Shown: positions 50,173 through 60,737 of the stretch, one piece after another | Numbering within the stretch: position 1 is the first letter of the stretch | Layout: each line of letters opens with the position of its first letter | Assembly (NCBI GenBank): GCA_038867615.1 | Contig: JAWBYA010000007.1 | Coordinates: 1-64,000 of the forward strand | Source: Sulfolobales archaeon | GTDB taxonomy: Archaea; Thermoproteota; Thermoprotei_A; Sulfolobales; AG1 | Length of the DNA stretch: 64,000 bases | Direction: 5' to 3' | Made by a program: the position numbers and the translations under genes | The notes under the pieces: model-generated | Told to the model about the DNA's origin: nothing | The model's database searches: none | The model's input: only the letters and a program-made list of their open reading frames with translations

Positions 50173-51570
50173 CTATGGGCTGGATAAACCCGGCGGGCTC
50201 AGCACGTTCTTGGGGTCGAGGGTTTTCTTTATCTTCTCAAGTATTGTTGCTGAAGCCCCGGGATCTCTTTGAATCCATTTTCTCTTTAGGATCCCTACTC
50301 CGTGGTGGTGGCTTAGTGTTGCTCCTACCTCTTCTGCTGTTTTCATGAATGTCTCTACTATGTTCCAGTAGAGCTCTGGGTCTTTTCTATATAGTACTGT
50401 ATAGTATAGCGATGCTCCTGTAATATAGAAGTGGGATGCATGTGCCATGACCACGGGTTTTTCTTCGAGGCTTTCTAGGGCTTTCTTGATCTTTCTATCT
50501 ACTTGTGGGAGTTTTGACCATGTTGCTGCTATGTCGAGTGTTTCGAACCATAGGCCCATCGATTCTATGAGCTTTATGTCTTCCTCGTAGTTGAATCTCG
50601 ATGAGATCCATTTCCTATAAGGCTCTTCCCCCACGTATTCCCCGCCTTTTTTCTCGACAACCTCTCTAGCCCTTCTCCATATTGTTTCGAGAACATCCTC
50701 GTAGTTGGATTCATATAATAGCAGGAGCACTGGCTTCTCCCTCCCAAATCTGAGGAGCGATTCCGTCTCGTCCGAGAGCCTTGCTAGGGCTGGTGTTAAT
50801 CCCGTGACCATGAGTTCTCTAACCGCTAAGAGCCCTTTCTCGAAGTCAGGGGTTTGGAACGAGGCCTCGACCCTGTGTCTGGGTATGGGTAGTACTCTGA
50901 GGGCTGCTTTGGTTATTATTCCAAAGGCTCCCTCAGATCCTATGAAGATCTGCTTGATATCAGGCCCCATAGAGGATCTAGGCGTATTAATGCTCCGAGC
51001 CCAGACAGCCTCTCCCCATGGTAGCACGACCTCTAGGTTTACAACAATATCCTCTATACCCCCATAGCCAGTGCTATACTGGCCAGAACATAGCGTCGCT
51101 ATACAGCCCCCGACAGAGGCTAGGTGGAAGGATTGGGGTACATGCCTAAGGGTATAGCCCCTATGGTTAAGCCATTCCTCAAGCTCGGATAAAAGTATAC
51201 CAGCCTCCACGGTTACCACGAGATCCTCGGGGTTGAAGTCCAAAACCCTTTTCATCCTAGATAGTGTTAGCAGAACACAGTCATCCCGGGGGGCTGAGGC
51301 GCCTGTAACGCTGGAGCCTCCTCCATGTGGTACTAGGCATACTCCATGCTCACCAGCCTTTCTAACGATGAGGGAGATCTCTTCAACACTCCTCGGAGCC
51401 AGGATCGCTGCTGGCCTAGCCCTCCACGCCCCGAGCTTTTCGAGTAGAATAGCTAGCGGCCACATATCCCTTGAGTACTTCTCAACCTCGCCCAGCAGGA
51501 TATCTTCTCCTAGGGAGCTCTTGATCTCTCTTATGAAGTCCTCGAACCCCATTCCAAAGCCCTCCTCCAC
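50173..51570 (-). CDS. FAD-binding oxidoreductase, alkyl-dihydroxyacetonephosphate synthase-like
   Basis: PHGGGSSV, HVPQSF..ASVGG..AT..SGQYSTGYG.IED, GSEGAFGIIT, HASHFY..GASLY, LSHHHGVG. Confidence 0.82.
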   Translation of the reverse strand: MEEGFGMGFEDFIREIKSSLGEDILLGEVEKYSRDMWPLAILLEKLGAWRARPAAILAPRSVEEISLIVRKAGEHGVCLVPHGGGSSVTGASAPRDDCVLLTLSRMKRVLDFNPEDLVVTVEAGILLSELEEWLNHRGYTLRHVPQSFHLASVGGCIATLCSGQYSTGYGGIEDIVVNLEVVLPWGEAVWARSINTPRSSMGPDIKQIFIGSEGAFGIITKAALRVLPIPRHRVEASFQTPDFEKGLLAVRELMVTGLTPALARLSDETESLLRFGREKPVLLLLYESNYEDVLETIWRRAREVVEKKGGEYVGEEPYRKWISSRFNYEEDIKLIESMGLWFETLDIAATWSKLPQVDRKIKKALESLEEKPVVMAHASHFYITGASLYYTVLYRKDPELYWNIVETFMKTAEEVGATLSHHHGVGILKRKWIQRDPGASATILEKIKKTLDPKNVLSPPGLSSP

Positions 51571-52937
51571 ATGTTGGTGTTAACCTTTAAATCAAGGACC
51601 CCGGGCTCTACAGAGAGATCCACGTCGCCCAGCTTCCCCAGCTCTTCCTTTTTAATCCTACCCTCGTAGACTGCTAGGAGGAGGGCTACTCCCCTCCCAG
51701 CGCCATCGACTCCTCTCACCCTCTCAACCCTGCGTTTGCATGCCGAGGCTAGGAGCTCTAGATACACAGTGCTGTTACTCAAGCCCCCGTCAACCCTTAC
51801 AAGATCTCTTCTCCCCGCTACCCTTTCCACGGTTTCGGCGAGGCTTGCTATGGTTAGCACTATGCCTTCGAGGACTCCTCTAACTATATCACTTCTAGAT
51901 GTGCTATGGGAGAGTCCGTATAGGAGTCCTGTAGCCTCCTCCCTCTCTAGTGGGTGGCTTAGGTGTGTGAGCGATGGTATGAATATAACACTACCCCTGG
52001 CCTCTGACGCTATTCTGTCAAGCTCCTCAACGCTTTCTAGAATGCCTGTTCTGACCAGCCATTCTATGATAGATCCTCCTGAGGGGGCGAAGCCCTCTAT
52101 GGCGTAGAGAGCATCTCCTTTGATCCTATATACTACTAGGGGTATGAGGGCTTTCCCAGGCAGTATGTATTTCTCAACCACGGCGTCTACAAACACCCCG
52201 GTGCTTCCAGTGATTTTGAGGCATGATGAGCTGAGGCATGATGACCCTATTATCGATGCCTGTTGATCTGCTATGAGGACTGCTATATCTATACCCTCTA
52301 TAGATCCTATATAGCCAACGTTATCAACAACCTCTGGATCAATAGATCTTGGGATCCCTAGCAAATCGTATACAAACCACAGTCTTTTGAAGTTCTTAGG
52401 ATTCAAAAGGCCTGTGAGAGCCTCGTTAGATGCGTCGTTCATATATCTCGAGGATGCTATATATGCTATATAGGAGCTCAGAGTCCCTATATAGATATCG
52501 CCCCTCTCAACCCCTACCCTTAGCGCGGGGTTTGTTTCGAGGAGCCATTTTATCCTCATCGCAGGGCTGTCGGCTCTAAATACCTTACCAAGGATCGGTG
52601 CCAGCCCGAGGATCCTGTAAATCGGTTTCGAGGCTATAGCCCTGCTACTCCTATCCATCCATGTTATCACATTGGTTAAGGGCTTCCCATCGCGCCCCCA
52701 GGCTAGTATCGATGCCCTATATGTAGCGATCCCTGCAAGCCTAACCCCACGCTCTCTAAGCCATCTGAAGCCGTGGAGAACAGCGTCTCTAATCATTGAG
52801 GCATCATGATCTACAAGACCCTCGGGCGTGGATCTCATGGGTATCTTGATCTTAACATGATCTGTTTTCCTAAAGCCCTCGTCATAAACGCTAACCTTAA
52901 CACCGGTGCCTCCTATATCTATTACACCGTATCTCAA
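51531..52937 (-). CDS. FGGY-family carbohydrate kinase (glycerol kinase-like)
   Basis: IDIGGTG, ITWMDR, D.SN...TGL, ADQQAS, RVDGGLS. Confidence 0.85.
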   Translation of the reverse strand: MRYGVIDIGGTGVKVSVYDEGFRKTDHVKIKIPMRSTPEGLVDHDASMIRDAVLHGFRWLRERGVRLAGIATYRASILAWGRDGKPLTNVITWMDRSSRAIASKPIYRILGLAPILGKVFRADSPAMRIKWLLETNPALRVGVERGDIYIGTLSSYIAYIASSRYMNDASNEALTGLLNPKNFKRLWFVYDLLGIPRSIDPEVVDNVGYIGSIEGIDIAVLIADQQASIIGSSCLSSSCLKITGSTGVFVDAVVEKYILPGKALIPLVVYRIKGDALYAIEGFAPSGGSIIEWLVRTGILESVEELDRIASEARGSVIFIPSLTHLSHPLEREEATGLLYGLSHSTSRSDIVRGVLEGIVLTIASLAETVERVAGRRDLVRVDGGLSNSTVYLELLASACKRRVERVRGVDGAGRGVALLLAVYEGRIKKEELGKLGDVDLSVEPGVLDLKVNTNMWRRALEWGSRTS

Positions 52938-53899
52938 GATCCCCTCACCACCAGGGGCTCGGAATCCCCGGGGGTCCTGATTACCGCGTAGTCTCCCTCA
53001 ATGCTATAGGATCTATCGCCGATCCAGACCTCTCCGCCTCCAGGTTTTACTACGAGGAGTTCTCTGAGACATGGTGTGAGGGTTTCTGGGAACGCCTGGA
53101 TAGCGCCTTGCACCTTAACCCTCCTGCGGGCTTGTTCCTCACAGCCTAGGTTTATTGCTAGGAGCCTGCTAGCCTCGAGCAGGGCTTTGGGGTCGTAGAT
53201 CTCGAGCGAGGCGTGCCCTACTGAGGGGAGTTCTGGGAAGGGGTTCCAGGGTTTGAAGATAGCTATTACCAGTGTGTCTGCTTTGATTGTATTATTGTCA
53301 AGCCTTATCTCTGAGAGTCTCTGGGATCCTTTCAGCTCTCTAACCCTTCCCACAAGGATCTCTAGATCTTTTTTAGACCGAACCGGGTTCGAGCTTATAA
53401 CATAGATCTTCCTGCCATGCTGGGCTAGCTTCTCAGCCAATAGGAGGCTATACCTATTAGCACCATAGATAGCTATAACCCTCCCCGGGGAGAGGCCTGC
53501 TATTAATAGGTCTAGGGCTGCGTGGAAGGGGTAGACACCGGCTGGTCTGTCACCCACTATACCCAGCTCTATTGGGGATGCGACTCTGAATCCTGTTGCA
53601 GATACCCCCTTAGCTACTCCCTCAACCCCCGTGCTAGATATTATTGCCACCCGCTCTCCAAGCCTGGTTGCTGTTGATTGGAGGCTCACGCTAATCTCCG
53701 AGCCTAGTTTTTCGATAAGCCCCGAGGCCTCGGGATCTAGGATCGAGATACCCCCGATCCTATCCCTTGTCTCTGCCACCCTCACGCTATAGCCTCTGTC
53801 TAGGAGTTCCCTGGCTAGGGAGAGGCCTGCTAACCCCGCTCCTATTATATGGATCGTAGATCCCTTCTCGGTTTTTTCTAGAGCCTCTCCACGAGCCAT
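52934..53899 (-). CDS. FAD/NAD(P)-binding oxidoreductase subunit
   Basis: IIGAGLAG, ATG.R, GDRPAGVY. Confidence 0.72.
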   Translation of the reverse strand: MARGEALEKTEKGSTIHIIGAGLAGLSLARELLDRGYSVRVAETRDRIGGISILDPEASGLIEKLGSEISVSLQSTATRLGERVAIISSTGVEGVAKGVSATGFRVASPIELGIVGDRPAGVYPFHAALDLLIAGLSPGRVIAIYGANRYSLLLAEKLAQHGRKIYVISSNPVRSKKDLEILVGRVRELKGSQRLSEIRLDNNTIKADTLVIAIFKPWNPFPELPSVGHASLEIYDPKALLEASRLLAINLGCEEQARRRVKVQGAIQAFPETLTPCLRELLVVKPGGGEVWIGDRSYSIEGDYAVIRTPGDSEPLVVRGS

Positions 53900-55290
53900 G
53901 AGGCTTCACCACTCTTAACAAGATCCTCGGGTTTCTTTCTAGTCAGCCTTAGCATGGCTATTATAGCCCTGCCTATGCAGTGCTGGCCCTGGCAGGAGCC
54001 CATGCCCAGCTTTGTCCTAAATATAATGCCGTCGAGGGTTGATGCTCCATTCTCTATAGCGTCTATGATATCTGCTAGGCTTACCTTCATGCACGGGCAT
54101 ATTATGACTCCTTCGTGGCCTTCTATCCCTGAGGGGTTTATGGCTAGTCTTGCTCTGGTGCTTATCCTCCACACGATCTTTTGAGGCGTTTTCCCAGCTA
54201 CTGTTAGTTCTAGCCCGGCTGTTTTTAGCATTCCTATCACCATAAGGGCTATGGCTGGTGCTGCTGTGAGTCCTGGTGATTCTATACCCACGAGGTTTAT
54301 GATCCTTCTAGTCTGTGGGGAGTAGCTTATCGAGAAATCCCCCTTGGGCGTCGAGGGTCTAACGCCTGCGTAGGCTTTGACAAGCCTTCCCTTGATCCTC
54401 ACGAGGTCTTTGAACTTCCTGATCACATCTATAACATGCTCAGCCCTGACGCCCCTATCCTCTCGTGATCCCGTTGGTGCAAAGCTAGGCCCCCAGATCG
54501 TGCTGCCCCACGGCATGGGTATAATGCCCCCGCCCTTTGTTCTTGCAGGCTTTAGCGTTGGTATTGGTGCTACTATGCTTCTAGTCTGGGGTTTGTCGAA
54601 GACTAGCATGACTCCCAGGTGAGGCTCGATCCTCTCTGATCCTCCTACCCTTGATGCTAGTGTGTCGGAGCCAAGGCCTGCTGCGTTGATAACATACCTA
54701 GCCCTTATAGATCCCCTTGTTGTCTCTATAACTATGGTGTCATCCTCGATCTTGAGATCCCTTGCCTCTGTTTTGAACATGAACTCAACACCCCTAGCTC
54801 TAGAGGATCTGTATAGCCTGTCTATGAGTTCGAAGGAGTCTATAACACCATAGCCCTGGATCATTATGGCAGCGTAGCCCTCTACATTTGGTTCGAGAAG
54901 CCTTAGCCTCCTCCCACTAACTATGGATATATCGAAACCCCTGATCTGGTATATTATTTTCAGCACCACATAGACCAGGGGTAGGATTGCCAGCTCTATC
55001 CCAGACCTGGCTACCAAGAGGGCTGGGAGTCTAAGCATGCTGACCCCAAGCTCTCTTGCAACCCTATCGTAGAGCCTGTTTCCCTTAACTGCTAGCATGC
55101 TTTTGAGGGAATTGAATGGAGGCTGGACCACGTGCAAGACACCGGCATGCCCTTTGGATACGCCGAAGCCTGGCTCTGCTTCCTTCTCTATAACTGCTAT
55201 GGATAGGTTGAATTTTGAGAGCTCGTGGGCTATGAAGAGGCCTGCGACCCCTGCTCCTATGATTGCTACATCGTATCTCCTAGGCTCCAT
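53878..55290 (-). CDS. Glycerol-3-phosphate dehydrogenase/LhgO-like flavoprotein with BFD [2Fe-2S] domain
   Basis: IIGAGVAG, VINAAGL, YAGVRP, GIESPGLTAAPA, CPC...RT..GMGSCQG..C. Confidence 0.82.
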   Translation of the reverse strand: MEPRRYDVAIIGAGVAGLFIAHELSKFNLSIAVIEKEAEPGFGVSKGHAGVLHVVQPPFNSLKSMLAVKGNRLYDRVARELGVSMLRLPALLVARSGIELAILPLVYVVLKIIYQIRGFDISIVSGRRLRLLEPNVEGYAAIMIQGYGVIDSFELIDRLYRSSRARGVEFMFKTEARDLKIEDDTIVIETTRGSIRARYVINAAGLGSDTLASRVGGSERIEPHLGVMLVFDKPQTRSIVAPIPTLKPARTKGGGIIPMPWGSTIWGPSFAPTGSREDRGVRAEHVIDVIRKFKDLVRIKGRLVKAYAGVRPSTPKGDFSISYSPQTRRIINLVGIESPGLTAAPAIALMVIGMLKTAGLELTVAGKTPQKIVWRISTRARLAINPSGIEGHEGVIICPCMKVSLADIIDAIENGASTLDGIIFRTKLGMGSCQGQHCIGRAIIAMLRLTRKKPEDLVKSGEASWLVERL

Positions 55291-56974
55291 GTTCTCTAGA
55301 GCCTCTCGATAATCTATATATATAGTGTCCTGCTATGGAGAGGATTATAGCAATAGCTATTGCTAGCGGTATCCCTATTAAACCTGTGAACGATGCTTTC
55401 ACTAGGTAGAGGAAGAGCATGAATCCTCCTCCCCAGTCTGGTGGGGGGAATCTTACTGTTACGCCGTAGCCTACGTAGAAGGGAGCTGCGTATATGAGGC
55501 TCAGCACTATTGTTATGGTTATTGATGTGAGTATTGGTATAAGGATCTTTGGGAGTCCTGTTCTGAGGGGTGTTAGCTCGATCACGCCTATCAGGAGCCC
55601 CGTGACCAGCCCTGCTATTGCTACTGCGAGTCTTACTTTGTCTAGGAGCTCTCCTAGGGATAGTATGTCTGAGAGGCTTGTGGGTCCTTTTATGGAGTAG
55701 TAGGCTATCCAGTATATAGATTCATAGACCAGGATCCCTGTTATTATGAGGATCAGGGTTTTTCTAGAGCTTAGGATCCCTGTTTTTATAGATGCGTAGA
55801 GACCTGCTGGTATTAGTAGTGAGAGTGCGATGGCTATGGCGAGTCTCGAGCCCATACCCTCGCTATAGAGGCGACCTGTGATCTCTCTGTATGCATCCTG
55901 AGGGTTTGTGCCTAGACCGATTTTCACTCCTAAGGCTTTTTCGAGTGCTGCTATTACTCTCGATCCCTGCTCTTCTGATGCTCTTCTATACTCCTCGATC
56001 TTGCTGCTAGGTAGGTTGAAGCCCTCGGTGAGGGGTTTTCCTATAGATTGTGCTGGTATTCTTAGACCCATGAGCATTGCTACTGTGGATGCTATATCGT
56101 TTTGTGTGTAGCTAGCACTATATATTCCTGGCCTTACCCCAGGTCCTATGAATAATGTGAATACTCTTCTAACCTCGGGTTCTGGGCCTCCGTGATGCCC
56201 TCCCCTCTTGAATCCATGGTCGTTGAGTATTACTATGAGCGTGTTCTCCTTGGTCAGGGTTTCTATATAGCTTAGAGTGAGTCTGGCTATATTGATCACT
56301 GTGGAGTTATACTCAGGACTTCCACTGCTTCCTGTTAGGTGACCGATCATATCTATATCGCTCACACCTATCCAGAGGAAAACCCTATAGCCTGCTTCTG
56401 AGTATTTTTTGAAGAGCCTCGCACCCTCGACTAGTGCTAGGGCTCCGTGACTGCTTCCCTCCTCTATTGAGGAGCATTCATCTATATAGTTTTGGAACAT
56501 CGTCTCAATAGATCTATCGCCTGAGCATAGGATCTTGAAGCCAGCTTCTTTAGCCGCTTTCACAATGCTATCGATCCTCAGTGCTCCTTTGTAGTCATTG
56601 GACATGACCTCATTGATCTCTGGGGGAGCTCCTGTGAGTATCGATGCCCTCCCGGGGAGGGAGTATGATGGCATGTTGGTTAATCCGTTGGGGTAGAATG
56701 CTCCCAGCGAGATCAGTTTCCCTAGATCCTTGTTCTCTCTACCCAGATCCTCGAGGATACTAGTGCTTAAGCCGTCGAGTAGTATGAAAACTATGTGTTT
56801 TGCGACAGGCTCTCCAGAGATCCTCACGGGCTCTATTTTTTCCAAAACATCTATATATGGATTCCTATAACCAGCCCAGCTATTATAAGCCCCCATGGCT
56901 GTGTTTATAGATGCTATGGATAGTGTTATAGCTATGAGGACCGTGATCGCTATATATGTGTAGACAATTCTCAA
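55280..56974 (-). CDS. Alkaline-phosphatase-superfamily membrane protein (phosphodiesterase/phosphoethanolamine-transferase-like)
   Basis: ILLDGL, PSYSLP....LTG, DMIGH, NDHG..GGHHGG, QNDIA.T; C-terminal TM bundle. Confidence 0.8.
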   Translation of the reverse strand: MRIVYTYIAITVLIAITLSIASINTAMGAYNSWAGYRNPYIDVLEKIEPVRISGEPVAKHIVFILLDGLSTSILEDLGRENKDLGKLISLGAFYPNGLTNMPSYSLPGRASILTGAPPEINEVMSNDYKGALRIDSIVKAAKEAGFKILCSGDRSIETMFQNYIDECSSIEEGSSHGALALVEGARLFKKYSEAGYRVFLWIGVSDIDMIGHLTGSSGSPEYNSTVINIARLTLSYIETLTKENTLIVILNDHGFKRGGHHGGPEPEVRRVFTLFIGPGVRPGIYSASYTQNDIASTVAMLMGLRIPAQSIGKPLTEGFNLPSSKIEEYRRASEEQGSRVIAALEKALGVKIGLGTNPQDAYREITGRLYSEGMGSRLAIAIALSLLIPAGLYASIKTGILSSRKTLILIITGILVYESIYWIAYYSIKGPTSLSDILSLGELLDKVRLAVAIAGLVTGLLIGVIELTPLRTGLPKILIPILTSITITIVLSLIYAAPFYVGYGVTVRFPPPDWGGGFMLFLYLVKASFTGLIGIPLAIAIAIILSIAGHYIYRLSRGSREHGA

Positions 56975-57207
56975 AGAGAATCGCCGACCAGTATTATTGC
57001 TGCAAGGCTAAATAATCTATAGAATGTTACAAAGATCTGGTGAGTTTTTCACCTTCCAACAGATCCTAGGCTGATGTGCGGTCCTTTTAAAACAGGTTAG
57101 GGCTCACCGAGACTATTTATTGGGTTTTAACTATATATGTTTCTCTTAATCGGTTTTTATGCTATTGTTTTTATAGCCCTAAAACCTATTGTGTGTGGTG
57201 ATATGTT

Positions 57208-57639
57208 TTGAGCTCTATTGTGTTTCCAAGCCGTGAGTGGGCTGAGGCTTATTGCAAGGCTCTCAACGAGTCCCCTGAGTATAGGAGGCTTGGTAAGGGG
57301 TGGGTTTGGCCTATACTCTTCGTGGTTACCTCACTCCCCCCGGAGTTGAGGGCTCGGTATCCCTCGGGATCTCCTGGGTTTATCGCTGATCTCTATGATG
57401 GTGAGTGTAGAGGCGTTAGGTTCTTTGATGATGCTAGCGGTGTCGATGCCCCATTTATACTGTCTGCTAAATATAGTGATTGGCTCGATATCATAGCTGG
57501 TAGGGAATCCCCTGTCTCGGCTATTGTTAAGAGGAAGCTTGTTCTCAAGAAGGGCGATATGGCTGCTGTGCTTAGATATGCCTCGGCTGCTATGGAGATG
57601 GTTAGAGCAGCCCAGAGAGTGGGCGGTGTCCAGGTTTGA
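57208..57639 (+). CDS. SCP2 sterol/lipid-binding domain protein
   Basis: FPS.EW...LN...Y...G.GW, LYDGEC, KL..KGDM. Confidence 0.8.
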   Translation: MSSIVFPSREWAEAYCKALNESPEYRRLGKGWVWPILFVVTSLPPELRARYPSGSPGFIADLYDGECRGVRFFDDASGVDAPFILSAKYSDWLDIIAGRESPVSAIVKRKLVLKKGDMAAVLRYASAAMEMVRAAQRVGGVQV

Positions 57640-58700
57640 GGGCTGCGGTTCTCCATAACTATGGAGAGCCTTTAAGAATAGAGGATATCCCCAAGCCCAG
57701 GGCTTCCGGGACTTCTGTTCTTGTGAGGGTTGTGGGTAGCGGTGTTTGCCATAGCGATGTTCACCTCTGGAGGGGTGAGCTAGGAACCCTCGTACCCCCC
57801 ACCTTTCCCTTGGTTATGGGTCACGAGGTCTCGGGGGTTGTTGAGGAGGTTGGAGAGCTTGTCCCGCCTGATATAGAGCCTGGTATGGAGGTTCTCGTGT
57901 ACTGGGCTTACTGTGAGAGGGATGATAAATATGCCCAGAGGGGTCTATACCAGCTCTGTGGTTTGAGGGCTGGGGGTGGTATTGCTCTCTATAATGGTGG
58001 TTTTGCTGAGTATATGCTTGTCCCCCACTATAGATACCTCGTACCTGTAAAGGGTCTCAGGGATCTTGAGGCTGCAGCTGCTCTAGCCGATGCTGGTGTC
58101 ACGGCCTATAGGGCTGTTAGGAAGGCTGCTGAGGAGGTCGAGGATGACGACTATATCCTCATAGTCGGGCTTGGAGGGACAGGTATATTTGGGCTACAGC
58201 TGGCAAGGCTTCTCACAGGTGCTAAAATAATTGGGGTTGATGTGAGGAGGGATAAGGTTGAGGCGGCCTCTAGAATCGCTAGGCTTCGTAAAGGTGATGT
58301 CTTGATAGATGCTTCCAGCGTTCCAGATGTTAGGAGGGCTGTTATGGAGGCTACGGGGGGCCAGACTCTAAGGGCTGTGATAGACTTTGTGGGGGTTGAG
58401 AGGACTATCGAGACCTATATAGATCTCTTATCACCCCTGGGTGTCTACATCATAGTGGGCCTGGGATCTGAATACGGGCCTAGAATACCGATACACAAGA
58501 TGGTTCTAAACGAGCTCAGCATAAAAACAGTACTCTACGGCTCGATAAGAGATCTAGCAAACCTAGCCGACCTAGCATCGAGAGATCTCGTGAACTACTG
58601 GGATATAGCAGCGAAAATAAGGCTCGACGATATCAACGAAGCCCTCGAAAAACTAGCCAGGGGTGAGGCTCCGTATAGGCAGGTCGTGATCTTTAGGTGA
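57636..58700 (+). CDS. Zinc-dependent alcohol dehydrogenase (MDR)
   Basis: GVCHSD, GHEVSG, GGFAEY, LADAGVT, GLGGTG. Confidence 0.9.
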   Translation: MRAAVLHNYGEPLRIEDIPKPRASGTSVLVRVVGSGVCHSDVHLWRGELGTLVPPTFPLVMGHEVSGVVEEVGELVPPDIEPGMEVLVYWAYCERDDKYAQRGLYQLCGLRAGGGIALYNGGFAEYMLVPHYRYLVPVKGLRDLEAAAALADAGVTAYRAVRKAAEEVEDDDYILIVGLGGTGIFGLQLARLLTGAKIIGVDVRRDKVEAASRIARLRKGDVLIDASSVPDVRRAVMEATGGQTLRAVIDFVGVERTIETYIDLLSPLGVYIIVGLGSEYGPRIPIHKMVLNELSIKTVLYGSIRDLANLADLASRDLVNYWDIAAKIRLDDINEALEKLARGEAPYRQVVIFR

Positions 58701-59923
58701 GGCTCTTGAAAACACATACATACCCTCTTCCACAGGAATACCTCTATATATATAATACTGTGAGGGAGTTTGCCTCATCATATGAGGCTCTGCTCCTAAA
58801 GCTCGATAGGGCTGGTCACGAGGATGTTGTAAAGGATATCAGGGAGGTTCTGAGAAGCTCGAGCAGGATAAGGCTTCTAAGTCTTCCTATACCAAGGGAT
58901 CTTGGGGGTTCTGGTTACTTCACACTCGGATCAACAGTGGCTCTCGAAGCCCTAGCCTTTCACGACGCCGGTTTAGCCACAACCGTGGGGGCCGTGTGGC
59001 TGGGATTGCTCCCCATAGTTATAGCAGGCATGCTGGGCAGGGGAGATGTGGGGGAGAGATGGCTTAAGCCTTTCGCCGAGGCTGATGCTCGGGGCGAGCC
59101 CCAGGTATGGGCTTTCGCTATAACAGAGCCTACGGCTGGTTCTGATTATGAGAGGATCGAGCCGGGGGTGCCTGGGTCTGTGTTTCTCACCTATGCTAGG
59201 AGGGAGGGTGGCTACTGGGTTATTAGTGGGAGGAAGATCTTTATATCCAACGGGCCTATAGCTGACTACATAACAGTCTTTGCCTTGACGGATAAGCAGA
59301 AGGGTGTTGCATCGATGGCTTGTTTCGTGGTGCCCAGATCTGCTGAGGGTTTCAGGGTTGTTTCTATTATAGATAAGATGGGTCATAGGAGTAGCCCTAC
59401 GGGTGAGCTTGCTTTTGAGGGTGTGAGGGTTCCTGAGGATCATGTTATATGTCCCCCAGGGCTTGGTTGGGATTTTGTGCAGCTATCGCTAGCCTACTCA
59501 AGAGCACCGGTTGGCGGTATTGCTCTGGGCATAGCTAAGAGGGCTTTTAGGGAGGCTCTAAGCTATGCTGGGTCCAGGATCCAGGGAGGTAGGAGGATTA
59601 TAGAGCACCAGATTATTAGGGAGAAGCTTGCGAACATGTATATCATGATCTCTGCTGCTGAGTCTCTCGTCTATTCCGTTGCCTCTAGGCTCGAGTCAGA
59701 GTTCCCTCCACCTATGGGTGATTCGAGTGCTGCTAAGGTTTTCGCCTCGGATGTTGCTGTCCATGTTGCTCTAGAGGCTATACAGATCATGGGGGGCTAT
59801 GGCTATACAAGGGATCTTGTTGCTGAGAAGCTTTTGAGAGATGCTAAGCTCACCCAGATCTATGAGGGGACTAACGAGATCAACAGGCTAACCATATCTG
59901 ATATAATTATCAGCGGGGTGTGA
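58697..59923 (+). CDS. Acyl-CoA dehydrogenase
   Basis: FAITEP.AGSD, GRKIFISNG, KMGHRSSPT, GGYGY, IYEGTNEI. Confidence 0.93.
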   Translation: MRLLKTHTYPLPQEYLYIYNTVREFASSYEALLLKLDRAGHEDVVKDIREVLRSSSRIRLLSLPIPRDLGGSGYFTLGSTVALEALAFHDAGLATTVGAVWLGLLPIVIAGMLGRGDVGERWLKPFAEADARGEPQVWAFAITEPTAGSDYERIEPGVPGSVFLTYARREGGYWVISGRKIFISNGPIADYITVFALTDKQKGVASMACFVVPRSAEGFRVVSIIDKMGHRSSPTGELAFEGVRVPEDHVICPPGLGWDFVQLSLAYSRAPVGGIALGIAKRAFREALSYAGSRIQGGRRIIEHQIIREKLANMYIMISAAESLVYSVASRLESEFPPPMGDSSAAKVFASDVAVHVALEAIQIMGGYGYTRDLVAEKLLRDAKLTQIYEGTNEINRLTISDIIISGV

Positions 59924-60678
59924 TCTTGGTTCTTAAAGGTGGTGTTAAAGGCTATAGCATTCCTCTAAACGCTCCTCTATACCCTACCGGGACTCCTATT
60001 GTCTACTATGGATGCAGGGTCTTGATAGCTGTCGCCACGGTTGATGGGAGCAGCATCGATCCAATCCTACCCGAGGGTGTCAGTGTCTCTGAAAAACCCC
60101 TCGCAGCATTCTGGATCGGTGATTATCCTTTATCTAATGTGGGGGTTTATAGAGAGGCATTGATCGCTGTCCAGGTCTCTATGGAAGGGCTTCCCCTAGC
60201 ATATTATATCCCCTATATATATGTAACCAACGACCAAGCCCTGGCGTCGGGGAGGGAGCTTCTGGGAGCTCCTAAGAAGCTTGCGAGGATAAAGTTGGGA
60301 TGGGTTGGTGATTCTATAAAGGGGATCCTCTGGAGAGGATCCAGGCTCCTCGAGGTATCTCTAACACCGACTGGAAAAGGGGATATCGATGGTGTGAGAG
60401 CCCTTCTCCCTGAAGAGGTGCCTCTAATCTCTATCAGAACCCTCCCGCCCTTGAGAGAAAGCCCCGGGATAGCGCAGCTGGTTCTATGGCGTGCTAAGAC
60501 TATTATTGGTGGGAATCCTAGAATACTTGTTGGTTCTGCCGAGGTTAAGCTTCGAGGCACGATCTCGGATCCCCTGCATACACTCAAGGTCGAGGAGATC
60601 CTCACAGGCATCTACATGGAGTTCGATATGGAGCTCCACGCCGATAGAGTGCTGAAGGAATGGGTTCTCAAGCCATAG
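59920..60678 (+). CDS. Acetoacetate decarboxylase family protein
   Basis: GVYREA, YIYVTND.A...GRELLGAPKK. Confidence 0.85.
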   Translation: MILVLKGGVKGYSIPLNAPLYPTGTPIVYYGCRVLIAVATVDGSSIDPILPEGVSVSEKPLAAFWIGDYPLSNVGVYREALIAVQVSMEGLPLAYYIPYIYVTNDQALASGRELLGAPKKLARIKLGWVGDSIKGILWRGSRLLEVSLTPTGKGDIDGVRALLPEEVPLISIRTLPPLRESPGIAQLVLWRAKTIIGGNPRILVGSAEVKLRGTISDPLHTLKVEEILTGIYMEFDMELHADRVLKEWVLKP

Positions 60679-60737
60679 CCTGGAGCAGTTGCGGGTGGCT
60701 CGATTCTCCATGGATTTTTATCCAGATCTAGCTAGCC

